Shown here one piece after another: positions 14,169-25,563 of a DNA stretch of 64,000 nt. This stretch comes from Macrostomum lignano. Lineage: Eukaryota. The translations under genes and the position numbers were made by a program. The notes under the pieces are model-generated. The model did no database searches and was not told the DNA's origin. It saw only the letters and a list, made by a program, of their open reading frames with translations. The stretch is from the NCBI GenBank assembly GCA_002269645.1, contig NIVC01001077.1, positions 1 through 64,000 of the forward strand. The letters run 5' to 3'. Numbering within the stretch: the first letter of the stretch is position 1; each line of letters opens with the position of its first letter.

Positions 14169-17100
14169 TCAACTACGCGACGACTCCACTTGATCCAAGA
14201 TGTAGTCGTTGAGTTCGGCCACAGGACCGGCTGCGGCGGCGGCGGCAGCGGCGGCGGCCTGCAGCTCGCCGAGACTGTGATAGACAATCTCCTCCTGACT
14301 GTCCTGGTCGGCTGTTGGATAGCGGAGCACGGATCGACCGATTGGCAGCAGGCGGGGGCATCGGTCCAACAGATGGTGCACCACCTCACGCGGCAGTGGA
14401 CAGTGCACCTTCAGGTTTGGGGATGCGTCAGAGGTCTGTGAGGGACAGACAAGTCAATCTGCTACTATAATAGTTGGTCTTCAGTTTAAACAGAGCCTTT
14501 CAAAAAACATTGGATTGGTATCGAATCTGAACGGGCTAACGAGAATAATCGGCCTTCAAAACTATTTATGATATTTAGTCATTTTGAATAATCGGCCTTC
14601 AAAACTATTTATGATATTTCGTCATTTTGAATAATCGGCCTTCAAAACTACTCATAGTATTTCATCATTTTGAATAATCGGCCTTCAAAACTATTCATGG
14701 TATTTCGTCATTTTGAATAATCGGCCTTCAAAACTATTCATGGTATTTCGTCATTTTGAATAATCGGCCTTCAAAACTACTCATAGTATTTCTTCATTTA
14801 GAATAATCGGCCTTCAAAACTACTTATTATTTTGGGCAATCGGCCTTCAAAAAACGGATTACGCACCTGCAGCACCTCCAGTTGCTGGCCGCACTTCTCA
14901 GCCAGCAGTCCAAACGCGGCGTACAAGTCGGCCGATTGCTCGGAAGCCAGAATGCACAGCCGGCGCAGTGTGCGCGAGAATGTTCGCGCCACATAGGAGA
15001 TCTCATTGGCCAGATGAGTGTGAGTCTTCAAATAGAGCTCCTCCAGCGGCAGGCTGGGCTGCAGGAAGCGGCACACGTACCGGATTGGTATGCGAGTATC
15101 GAAGGTGACACTAACTCGCAGCTGCGGCATCAGGGCGGACACACGCGACCAGGTGACCTCTGGTAGCCAGGGATGTTCAAGGCGCTGCTTTGTCTCCGCG
15201 CTGACGTGAAGAGCCAAATATCTGCATTAGCAATCAATTGCATAGATTAGCAATCCAATGCATAGATTAGCAATCCAATGCATAGATTAGCAATACACTG
15301 CATAGATTAGCAATTCAATGCATAGATTAGCAATACACTGCATAGATTAGCAATTCAATGCATAGATTAGCAATACACTGCATAGATTAGCAATCCACTG
15401 CATAGGTTAGCAATCCAATTGCATAAATTAGCAATACACTGCATAGATTAGCAATACACTGCATAGATTAGCAATCCAATTGCATAAATTAGCAATACAC
15501 TGCATAGATTAGCAATTCAATGCATAGATTAGCAATACACTGCATAGATTAGCAATTCAATGCATAGATTAGCAATACACTGCATAGATTAGCAATCAAT
15601 TGCATAGATTAGCAATCCACTGCATAGATTAGCAATCAATTGCATAGATTAGCTATTCAATGCATAGATTAGCAATACACTGCATAGATTAGCAATTCAA
15701 TGCATAGATTAGCAATACACTGCATAGATTAGCAATCAATTGCATAGATTAGCAATACACTGCATAGATTAGCAATCCACTGCATAGGTTAGCAATACAA
15801 TGCATAGATTAGCAATCAATTGCATAGATTAGCAATCCACTGCATAGGTTAGCAATACAATGCATAGATTAGCAATCCAATACATAGATTAGCAATCCAA
15901 TTGCATAAATTAGCAATACACTGCATAGATAAGCAATCAATTGCATAGATTAGCAATCCAGTGCATAGGTTAGCAATCCAATGCATAAATTAGCAATCCA
16001 CTGCATAGATTAGCAATCCAATGCATAGATTAGTAATACACTGCATAAATTAGCAGTCCAGTGCATAGATTAGCAATCCAATTGCATAGATTAGCAATCC
16101 AATGCATAGATTAGTAATACACTGCATAGATTAGCAATCCAATGCATAGATTAGCAATCCAATTGCATAAATTAGCAATACACTGCATAGATTAGCAATC
16201 AATTGCATAGATTAGCAATCCAGTGCATAGGTTAGCAATCCAATGCATAAATTAGCAATCCAATGCATAGATTAGCAATCCAATTGCATAAATTAGCAAT
16301 ACACTGCATAGATTAGCAATCAATTGCATAGATTAGCAATCCAGTGCATAGGTTAGCAATCCAATGCATAAATTAGCAATCCAATGCATAGATTAGCAAT
16401 CCAATTGCATAAATTAGCAATACACTGCATAGATTAGCAATTCACTGCATAGATTAGCAATCCAGTGCATTGGTTAGCAATCAATTGCATAGATTAGCAA
16501 TCCAATGCATAGATTAGCAATCCAGCATAGTTTAGCAGTCCAGTGCATAGATTAGCAATCCAATGCATAGATTAGCAATACACTGCATAGATTAGCAGTC
16601 CAGTGCATAGATTAGCAATCCAGTGCATAGATTAGCAATCCAATGCATAGATTAGCAATCCAGCATAGATTAGCAGTCCAGTGCATAGATTAGCAGTCCA
16701 GTGCATAGATTAGCAATCCAGCATAGATTAGCAATACACTGCATAGATTAGCAGTCCAGTGCATAGATTAGCAATCCAGTGCATAGATTAGCAATCCAGT
16801 GCATAGATTAGCAATCCAGCATAGATTAGCAGTCCAGTGCATAGATTAGCAGTCCAGTGCATAGATTAGCAATCCAGCATAGATTAGCAATACAATGCAT
16901 AGATTAGAAATCCAGTGCATAGATTAGCAATCCATTATACATTAAGACAGTCCTTCCGAAATTGCATACGAAACGTAATGCTCAATAGAATTGAAAGCCA
17001 ACCTGAAAGAGTGGCGCCTATGCTCAGCCAGATAGAGCATAGCCCGCTCCGAGAAGCTGGCATTCATCAGCTCCAACCATTCCAGCCGTGGACAAGAGTC

Positions 17101-18239
17101 TAACAACTGCATAACGGTCTCCTTGCTAACCTGAGCCACCAGTGCGCCATTCATAATACTCAGACACTGCAGAGTCCGGCCGTGCCCGCTGGCCAGCGCC
17201 AGAACCAGACCGTCTCTGATGCCCAGCTCGGCGCCGCTTAAATCAACGCGCCTTAATCCGACATGGTCGGGCAGCTCGGCCAGTTTGTTGAATAGTCGAA
17301 CCAGGGCGTCTTCGAATTCTTTGCCGCTGTAGAATAGCGGATTTGCGCCCACGAATCGGAGACTTAGCGAGTCTAGTCTGCAATTCATTGCGGTTATAGA
17401 CTGCTCACCTGGCATCTCAGCTTAGAATTCCCTCACCTGGCATCTCAGCCTAGAATTCCCTCACCTGGCATCTCAGCCTAGAATTCCCTCACCTGGCATC
17501 TCAGCCTAGAATTCCCTCACCTGGCATCTCAGCCTAGAATTCCCTCACCTGGCATCTCAGCCTAGAATTCCCTCACCTGGCATCTCAGCCTAGAATTCCC
17601 TCACCTGGCATCTCAGCCTAGAATTCCCTCACCTGGCATCTCAGCTTAGAATTCCCTCACCTGGCACCTCAGCCTAGAATTCTCTCACCTGGCATCTCAG
17701 CCTAGAATTCTCTCACCTGGGATTTTAGTCAAGGAGAATCACTAGAATTCCCTCACCTAGGATCTCAGTCTAGGAGAATCACTAAGAATTCCCCACCTAG
17801 GATCGCAGTCTAGGAGAATCATCTTAGAATTTCCTCACCTGGGATCTCAGCCTAGAATTCCTCAAGTGAGATCTCAGGCTGAGAATCAGCCCACTCACCT
17901 GACAGCAAACTGGCCTAATAGATCAAGCAGGCTTAACGCCAACTGCCTCATCCGCTGATTGCCCTGATCAACTGCCAGTTGAACTCCGCCAAAATGCCGA
18001 CCGTATCGCTCCGGCAGAGTGCACAGCCAAGCGTCCGATTCGTCAACAAATTTGAAAAAGCAACGCCGCCAGAATAGCGGATGCTCCGAAGTGGCCAGCC
18101 ATTCCGGACAGGTGCCAGCCGCTCGGATTCGATCTCTTAATGATAGGTGTTCGAATATTCGAACTAGACAAGGCTCGGGCAGGTAGCGCCACGGAATCAC
18201 TTCTGCCGGTTCGGCTACCGAATCGTTGGCGGAAGCCAT
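14169..18239 (-). CDS. FBXL8: F-box/LRR-repeat protein, FBXL8-like. Exons 18239-17899, 17377-17003, 15221-14867, 14408(or 14435)-14169; about 436-445 aa.
   Basis: N-terminal F-box (LPEPCLVRIFEHLSLRDRIRAAGTCPEW) followed by LRRs. Segments NPLFYSGKEFEDAL, NGALVAQVSKETVMQLLDSCPRL, LQPSLPLEEL and LAEKC...CPRL parallel FBXL8 as I recall it. Junctions are phase-compatible. Confidence 0.85.
14543..14852. repeat. 43-bp minisatellite, FBXL8 intron 3
   Basis: Unit GAATAATCGGCCTTCAAAACTATTTATGATATTTCGTCATTTT. Confidence 0.93.
15224..16935. repeat. 20-bp minisatellite (TGCATAGATTAGCAATCCAA), FBXL8 intron 2
   Basis: Direct inspection. Confidence 0.97.
17404..17885. repeat. 28-bp minisatellite (CTCACCTGGCATCTCAGCCTAGAATTCC), FBXL8 intron 1
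   Basis: Direct inspection; same family as 21290-22190. Confidence 0.95.
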
Positions 18240-18454
18240 TTGTACATTAATGAAGGAATTAAGAATTGTGTTGGCGTGGTTTCCAATCTAACAATTGGCA
18301 CTTATTAGGATATAATGCAATGCTTTACAATACGTTTAACTGGATTTTGTAATAAAACTGACTTGAATCGTTGGGAATAATAAATCTCTAAGGGCTGAAG
18401 GATTTAAAGTTATAGTAAGTATGCAAGGTTGAGGCACTAGCAATGAGCCATGTA

Positions 18455-19818
18455 CCAAACACCTTGAAGTCCTGATACCAGTCAAGGTTACCCAGACTTG
18501 AAGCCCTGATGACAGTCAATTGGTTACCAAAAGGACTTAAGGTCCTTATAGCAGTCAAGGTTACCAAAAGGACTTGAAGTCCTGATAACAGTCAATTGGT
18601 TACCAAAAGGACTTGAGGTCCTGATAACAGTCAAGGTTACCAAAAGGACTTGAGGTCCTTATAGCAGTCAAGGTTACCAAAAGGACTTGAAGTCCTGATA
18701 ACAGTCAAGGTTACCAAAAGGACTTGAGGTCCTTATAGCAGTCAAGGTTACCAAAAGGACTTGAGGTCCTGAAAACAGTCAAGGTTACCAAAAGGACTTG
18801 AGGTCCTTATAGCAGTCAAGGTTACCAAAAGGACTTGAAGTCCTGATAACAGTCAAGGTTACCAAAAGGACTTGAGGTCCTTATAACAGTCAAGGTTAGC
18901 AAAAGGACTTGAGGTCCTTATAGCAGTCAAGGTTAGCAAAAGGACTTGAAGTCCTGATAACAGTCAAGGTTACCAAAAGGACTTGAGGTCCTTATAGCAG
19001 TCAAGGTTACCAAAAGGACTTGAGGTCCTTATAGCAGTCAAGGTTACCAAAAGGACTTGAGGTCCTGATAACAGTCAATTGGTTACCAAAAGGACTTGAG
19101 GTCCTGATAACAGTCAAGGTTACCAAAAGGACTTGAGGTCCTTAAAGCAGTCAAGGTTAGCAAAAGGACTTGAAGTCCTGATAACAGTCAAGGTTACCAA
19201 AAGGACTTGAGGTCCTTATAGCAGTCAAGGTTACCAAAAGGACTTGAGGTCCTGATAACAGTCAATTGGTTACCAAAAGGACTTGAGGTCCTGATAACAG
19301 TCAAGGTTACCAAAAGGACTTGAGGTCCTGATAACAGTCAAGGTTACCAAAAGGACTTGAGGTCCTTAAAGCAGTCAAGGTTACCAAAAGGACTTGAGGT
19401 CCTGATAACAGTCAAGGTTACCAAAAGGACTTGAGGTCCTTAAAGCAGTCAAGGTTAGCAAAAGGACTTGAAGTCCTGATAACAGTCAAGGTTACCAAAA
19501 GGACTTGAGGTCCTTATAGCAGTCAAGGTTACCAAAAGGACTTGAAGTCCTGATAACAGTCAAGGTTACCAAAAGGACTTGAGGTCCTTATAGCAGTCAA
19601 GGTTAGCAAAAGGACTTGAAGTCCTGATAACAGTCAAGGTTACCAAAAGGACTTGAGGTCCTTATAGCAGTCAAGGTTAGCAAAAGGACTTGAAGTCCTG
19701 ATAACAGTCAAGGTTACCAAAAGGACTTGAGGTCCTTATAACAGTCAAGGTTACCAAAAGGACTTGAGGTCCTTATAGCAGTCAAGGTTACCAAAAGGAC
19801 TTGAAGTCCTGATAACAG
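18455..19818. repeat. 37-bp minisatellite (CAGTCAAGGTTACCAAAAGGACTTGAGGTCCTTATAG) upstream of FBXL8
   Basis: Direct inspection; internal AAGGAC/GTCCTT hairpin. Confidence 0.96.
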
Positions 19819-20880
19819 CCGTGGACCTGGATGTTAGGCAACAAAGCAACAACCCGAAGACCTGTTATGAGCAAGGGGGTCCAAAAATGACCCGAATGAG
19901 CTACCTAACTAAGTCTGTAATAGGTCATAAAAAAGTTGAAAAACAAGAAAGACCCAAAGTCATTGCCAATTAATACGCTTCTAAATTCAACTTTAGCTGG
20001 GCCGGGCTGCTTCAAATCTTTACTAGCATGTGACAAACAGATGTTAATGTATTGGATTATGTTCGCAATAAACTAAATAGCGTTTTGAAAATAAAATCAA
20101 CAACAAAAAGGCTTATTGAAGGCTTTGATTTGAACTAGATGAAACAAGCGCAAATTAAAATTGAAATAGACAGACTTAACTGTCTAATTAGTAGCCGATA
20201 AAAACACTACCCAGGCCAAGAAGCGCCCCAGAGTGGTTGCAGGTAACACAGGTGAAATAGGACAGAACTGACTCTAGACGACTCTAAAAGACCAGATTTT
20301 ACGGTAGAAGTCGCCAAAAAGTTGTCTAAGAGTCAATCTGAGATGTTTTAAAGTCTGCGACTCTGAGTTGCTGTCTGTAGAATCGCTTGAGCTACGTCTA
20401 AAGCGCCACTTTATGAATTAGAATCGCATTTTGCATTTATAACCAACTTTGTTTAGGTCTACTTGATTGAGTTAGTAGACAGTTTTTAAGCAATTAAGCA
20501 AACAACGATTCTTGAAAGGATTTTTTCGTCTTTGGCGATTTTAGTCACGGTAATTTAAACTATAACACAGGCGACAATGGCATACAGAACCCAGCCGAGC
20601 TTATTTTAGTGTGAACGCAAAAACACAGAGTTGATCTCTAAACTAGGCCGGCAGATAACTTGACATAGCTAATAATTTATATAAACTTTTTTTCTATTTT
20701 TAGATGTTTTCAGGAGACACAGATTTAAAAAAAAGCAAATACGACTCAGTAGAGACACGAGACACTTCTGGTTCTTAGGATAACTTTTAAAGGCCGGTTA
20801 GACTATAAAAAGAAGAAAATCCATTTGGAACTGAAGCCCTTAAAAATATGTCTAATAAACGAAGTTAAGCGCAGTATCAA

Positions 20881-21199
20881 TTAATTGGTCTTATCCCCCT
20901 CTCCCTCAGTTTCTCCCGAGTATCGCCAGCGCATGTAGGCAGCCTTGGTTCGATCTCGCAGAGCCGTGAAGCTATCCAGAGCCGGCCGGACGTCCAGAGC
21001 AGCGAATTCGTAATTCTCGTCAATCTGCTTGCCATCGTAATAATCGATGATGTAGCGAACGCTGCGGCCGCACCTGTCAACTATCCAGTCGTGCCGATCG
21101 AACGGCTTCTGATAGCCCAGCCAGTAACGAAACTTTGCCCTTGGAGACAGCTGGGTGGCCTGGGTAAGAGTCAGCGAGGCCACGAAATGAAATACAACT

Positions 21200-21264
<65 letters not shown>

Positions 21265-22818
21265 CCCTCTCTCTCTGCGGAAAAATCTGCGATCTCAGCC
21301 TAGAATTTTCTCACCTAAAATCTCAGCCTAGAATTCCTCACCTGGGATCTTAGCCTAGAATTACTCACCTGGGATCTCACATCTCAGCCTAGAATTACTC
21401 ACCTGGGATTTTAGCCTAGAATTCCTCACCTGGGATCTCAGCCTAGAATTCCTCACATGGGATTTCAGCCTAGAATTCCTCACCTGGGTTTTCAGCCTAG
21501 AATTCCTCACCTGGGATCTCAGCCTAGAATTCCTCACATGGGATCTCAGCCTAGAATTCCTCACATGGGATTTCAGCCTAGAATTCCTCACATGGGATTT
21601 CAGCTTAGAATTCCCTCACCTGGAATCTCAGAATAGAATTCCTCATCTGGGATTTCAGCCTAGAATTCCTCACCTGGGATTTCAGCCTAGAATTCCTTAC
21701 CTGGGATCTCAGCCTAGAATTCCTCACATGGGATTTCAGCCTAGAATTCCTCACCTGGGTTTTCAGCCTAGAATTCCCTCACCTGGGATCTCAGAATAGA
21801 ATTCCTTACCTGGGATTTCAGCCTAGAATTCCTCACCTGGGATTTCAGCCTAGAATTCCTCACATGGGATTTCAGCCTAGAATTCCTCACCTGGGATTTC
21901 AGCCTAGAATTCCTCACCTGGGATTTCAGCCTAGAATTCCTCACCTGGGATTTCAGCCTAGAATTCCTCACCTGGGATTTCAGCCTAGAATTCCTCACAT
22001 GGGATTTCAGCCTAGAATTCCTCACCTGGGATTTCAGCCTAGAATTTCTCACCTGGGACTTCAGCCTAGAATTCCTCACATGGGATTTCAGCCTAGAATT
22101 CCTCACATGGGATTTCAGCCTAGAATTCCCTCACCTGGGATCTCAGAATAGAATTCCTCACCTGGGATCCTTCCCAAGAATTTCTTCCTCACTTGTTGCA
22201 TTTTGTCTACTAAGGAATAAGCAGCCTCAATAGAACATAGGGTCTCACCTTGCCGCCAAAGCTAGCCAGCCTGGGTGTCGGGCACTCCCTAGCGTGATAG
22301 GCCTCCCATTTGAGCACTTCACGCCAGGCCAGCTCATTATTAGCATTATGTATGCGTATAATAGCGTCCATAGTTTCCGGCGTTACTTCGGAATTTTCCC
22401 AACGCCAGCCTTTGCGAACCATAGCGTTCCAGAACATCTGAGCAGACGGGTATTCCCATTTCTCGCTTTCGTTGCCTGACGCCTTGGGAATGCTAGACCG
22501 TTGCCGGCCAGTATCCAAGGGAAATGGCTGGCCAGGCGTTGGCTGTTGCAAAGCGCTGGCGCTTGGCATCATATTTAACGGGTCCAGCTGGCCGTCTGTG
22601 CCGGCATTGACTGGACAGCCGCTGCCTGCATCGCTGTTCACTGGACAGCCGCTGCCGTTATTAGCAGATTGAGTCGGAGCTGCTGCTGCTGGCGATGCGG
22701 CAGTCTTTGCGTGCATCGGACACTCTGGCGGTGGCTGTTCTTGACTTCCAGTAGCAGCTGCCAGCCTGGTGGCAGCGGATGCAACAAGTGCATTGGCAGT
22801 ACTTTGAGTTGAACCCAT
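20881..22818 (-). CDS. HCCS: Holocytochrome c synthase (cytochrome c heme lyase). Exons 22818-22249 and 21159-20881; 282 aa.
   Basis: CPM/CPV heme-regulatory motifs, [39 protein letters not shown]|[37 protein letters not shown]. Phase-0 GT-AG intron. Confidence 0.97.
21290..22190. repeat. 27-bp minisatellite (CTCACCTGGGATTTCAGCCTAGAATTC), HCCS intron, preceded by (TC)n at 21202-21276
   Basis: Direct inspection. Confidence 0.96.
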
Positions 22819-24026
22819 TTAAAGGCAGCATGAGATTGGTGATATGTTACTTTTACTTTTATTAATTAAATTATAATTATGCCAATAGTATGGGTCGCGT
22901 ATTCTGTTGAAGATAAGGTGAAGCTATTCCAAAGTGTGTCATCCTTTACTTGCAATTGTGAACATATCAGTCACTATCACAGATACTGAAATATCTAGAT
23001 GGGCCACTCAGGCATATACTTAACAAAACAGCTTTCAACTTGCAGTTCAGTAGCAATGGAGAATACATAAGCTATTTTATAAAAATAAAGGCAACTGAGA
23101 TGACTTTGATAAGTTTGGAAGCCAAAGCTTGCAAGCATAAAAAGCTTGCTAATTGGTTCAACAACTAAGGAAAGTTGGAAAATTGGATGGTAGGGCAGGT
23201 GTAGAGGTTCTGTATAGAGTTTGAAGGTTTAAGCTTAGGGCGGGGGGTAAGAGCCAATAAATAAGCCTTGGTTTTAAAATACATAAAAATGTTTCAGTTC
23301 ATCATATTACTGAACTGAAAATAGCTTGCACACATGTGCTAAGTGGCCTATCTAGCAATTTTAGTATTTGTGGTCACTATATATGCTAAGGATAAATATA
23401 ACTGAAAAACTAAGGCAAAAGTTTCTATAATAAATTGACAAAGTTTGTTAAAAATAGACTTTTCAATTTTTAGCTTAGTTTAAGAAGTTTTAAAACATAA
23501 ATAAATGCAAATAGTAACACAAAAGAAGCTTTGATTCACCTTCTAGTAGACAATAGGTGAGTCTAGCCTAGCTATGGATATTTAACATTTAATTTTTTAG
23601 TTAGTAATTTTTCACTCAAACTGGAATAAAGGATTGGAGCCCTCTTTTAGCCCTAAGTACAGGCTAAGGGCTAACAGGGTCACCCTCTACTAAAGTGTGT
23701 GGCTTAGCAACCTATTGGGGAATATGGAGTGCTACAGCCATCTTACATTGACAGCAGCACTTCAATACAGTGTTTCCACTCCAATCTACCCATTTTTCTT
23801 CTAAAGAAAATTCTAAAGAAAATTCTGCAGATAGCTTGGCTTGGCAATGTTAAGCTTGGCAATGTTAAGATTTTTGACATGACTATAGAAAATTTAGTCA
23901 TTCTAGCCAACCTGATCTATTTATTCAACTATTGGTATTGTCATATTTAAACTCACTTCCAAACTCTAAGTTCCAAGTTCTATTCAAGCTAGCTCTAAAG
24001 GTCAGTTATGTTAACATTATATTAGA

Positions 24027-24732
24027 TATAGCTTTTTGCAGCCCATTTGGGTTCACGCGCATTGAATTTAATCAAAGATACATTTGCCACTGTAATGGAG
24101 CTTTTGTCTATGGTAGCAAGGCTGGCACAATGGCATTTAATTTGGTTCAACAAGCATTAAATTTAGTCCAAATGCTCCTGAGCCATTTGGTAAACTCTTG
24201 CCCCTTTGCAACCATATATAGCCTGTTGTGCACTGCTGGAATGGTAGCATCTTTACCAACAATTTTCAGTTGCTTTTTTCAGAGCTCTCCTGATAGACAA
24301 AATCTGATAACCAAATGGAACCATTCCTTCAACTACTGCTGCATTTTCTGCAATGTCAACAAAGGGTTTGTCTCAACTACATCCAGTAGCAGTTGGACCT
24401 AAGTCTCTAGCAACTTGCCTTGGTAATTGCTACCCTTTTGCAGGTGATCTCTGCTGGCAGTGGTTTCCTTGTCCTTTGGGTATTCACCTGCTTTGATCAC
24501 AAGCCAATGGCACTCTTTTGAAAGCCTAACAAATGGTCCACAATTCTGAGGCTGATCTTGCTCCTTTGCAGCAAATGCAAATGAACCTATGGAACAAATT
24601 GATTCTTGTTGGACCAAATTAAATGCCACTGTGTCAGCCTTGCTACTATAGACAAAAACTCAATTACATTGGCAAATGTATATTGGATTAAATTCAATGT
24701 GTGTAAACCTAAATGAACTGCAAAAAGCTATA
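24027..24732. mobile_element. Non-autonomous TIR element (MITE), 706 bp with 128-bp TIRs
   Basis: 24027-24154 is the reverse complement of 24605-24732 (113/128 identical by hand alignment). Flanking direct repeat TTAGA (24022-24026, 24733-24737), extendable to the 9-mer TATATTAGA if four terminal bases are reassigned. Confidence 0.8.
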
Positions 24733-25028
24733 TTAGAATTTCAATTATTTTAATAAAGAAATCTGTTCATTGGCAAATGGTATAGCCAACAAGTGAATGC
24801 AGTTAATTATGGTTTTACCATAGACATTAAACACTTTAAATAAAAATACTTGGTAGATCAATCAGCATCTTGGATTATTGCATGCTGGCAACTGAAGCAT
24901 CAATCAGTATACAGACATTAATACATGCTATTTGCAGTTGATCTTTGTCTATGGTCTTCTCCACAATTGGCTATACTAATCAGCAATGTGAAAGATGCCT
25001 GGCTTGATCCAGAGTATACATAGAATGC

Positions 25029-25312
25029 CAATGTAGCTTAAAAAAATTGAACCCAAATTTTAACGTTTTGCCAAGAGTTTGGCTTTGGACCATAGACTAA
25101 AGTTTTTTTGAGCAAAAATATATTTGTGATAAATAAACTCATATAAGTGCCACTGTTTAGTGGGAATGAGAAAAAACTTTAAACAATTAATTGCATATAT
25201 ATTTCTAGCTTCCAGTTCCAGCACCTAATTTTTATATATTTTTAGTCTATGGTTGAAAGCCAAACTCCTAGTAGAATGTGAAAATGGGCTTCACTTTTTA
25301 AAGCTCACATTG
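25029..25312. mobile_element. Degenerate fold-back/MITE relic
   Basis: Imperfect inverted arms of about 72 bp (25029-25101 and 25241-25312), sharing TTTAGTCTATGG..AAAGCCAAACTC. Confidence 0.5.
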
Positions 25313-25563
25313 TGCACAAATGCAAACTCTCTAATGCAAACTGTCTAAACTTATGTCTAGACATTATTGCACTCTCGCCTAGGTGCGCAAACTTTAAAGC
25401 AACATGAGTGACAATTGATTGCTTTGGTATGCAATCAGTTGGTATGTATACACTGCACTCTTAAAACTTGCTGAATCATTCAATCAACTAGCATAATTCT
25501 GTGCCAATTTTCACCCACCACTCAGTGTGTGTCTAATGGCTGACCTTGAGAGTGTTACTAAAA

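Noticed and set aside
18455-19818. CRISPR-like 37-bp hairpin repeats
   Set aside because: Units are head-to-tail with no unique spacers, there are no cas genes, and the context is eukaryotic.
23729-24629. ORFs 23729-23950, 23932-24402 and 24399-24629
   Set aside because: No recognisable domain; they overlap MITE TIRs in decayed TE sequence.
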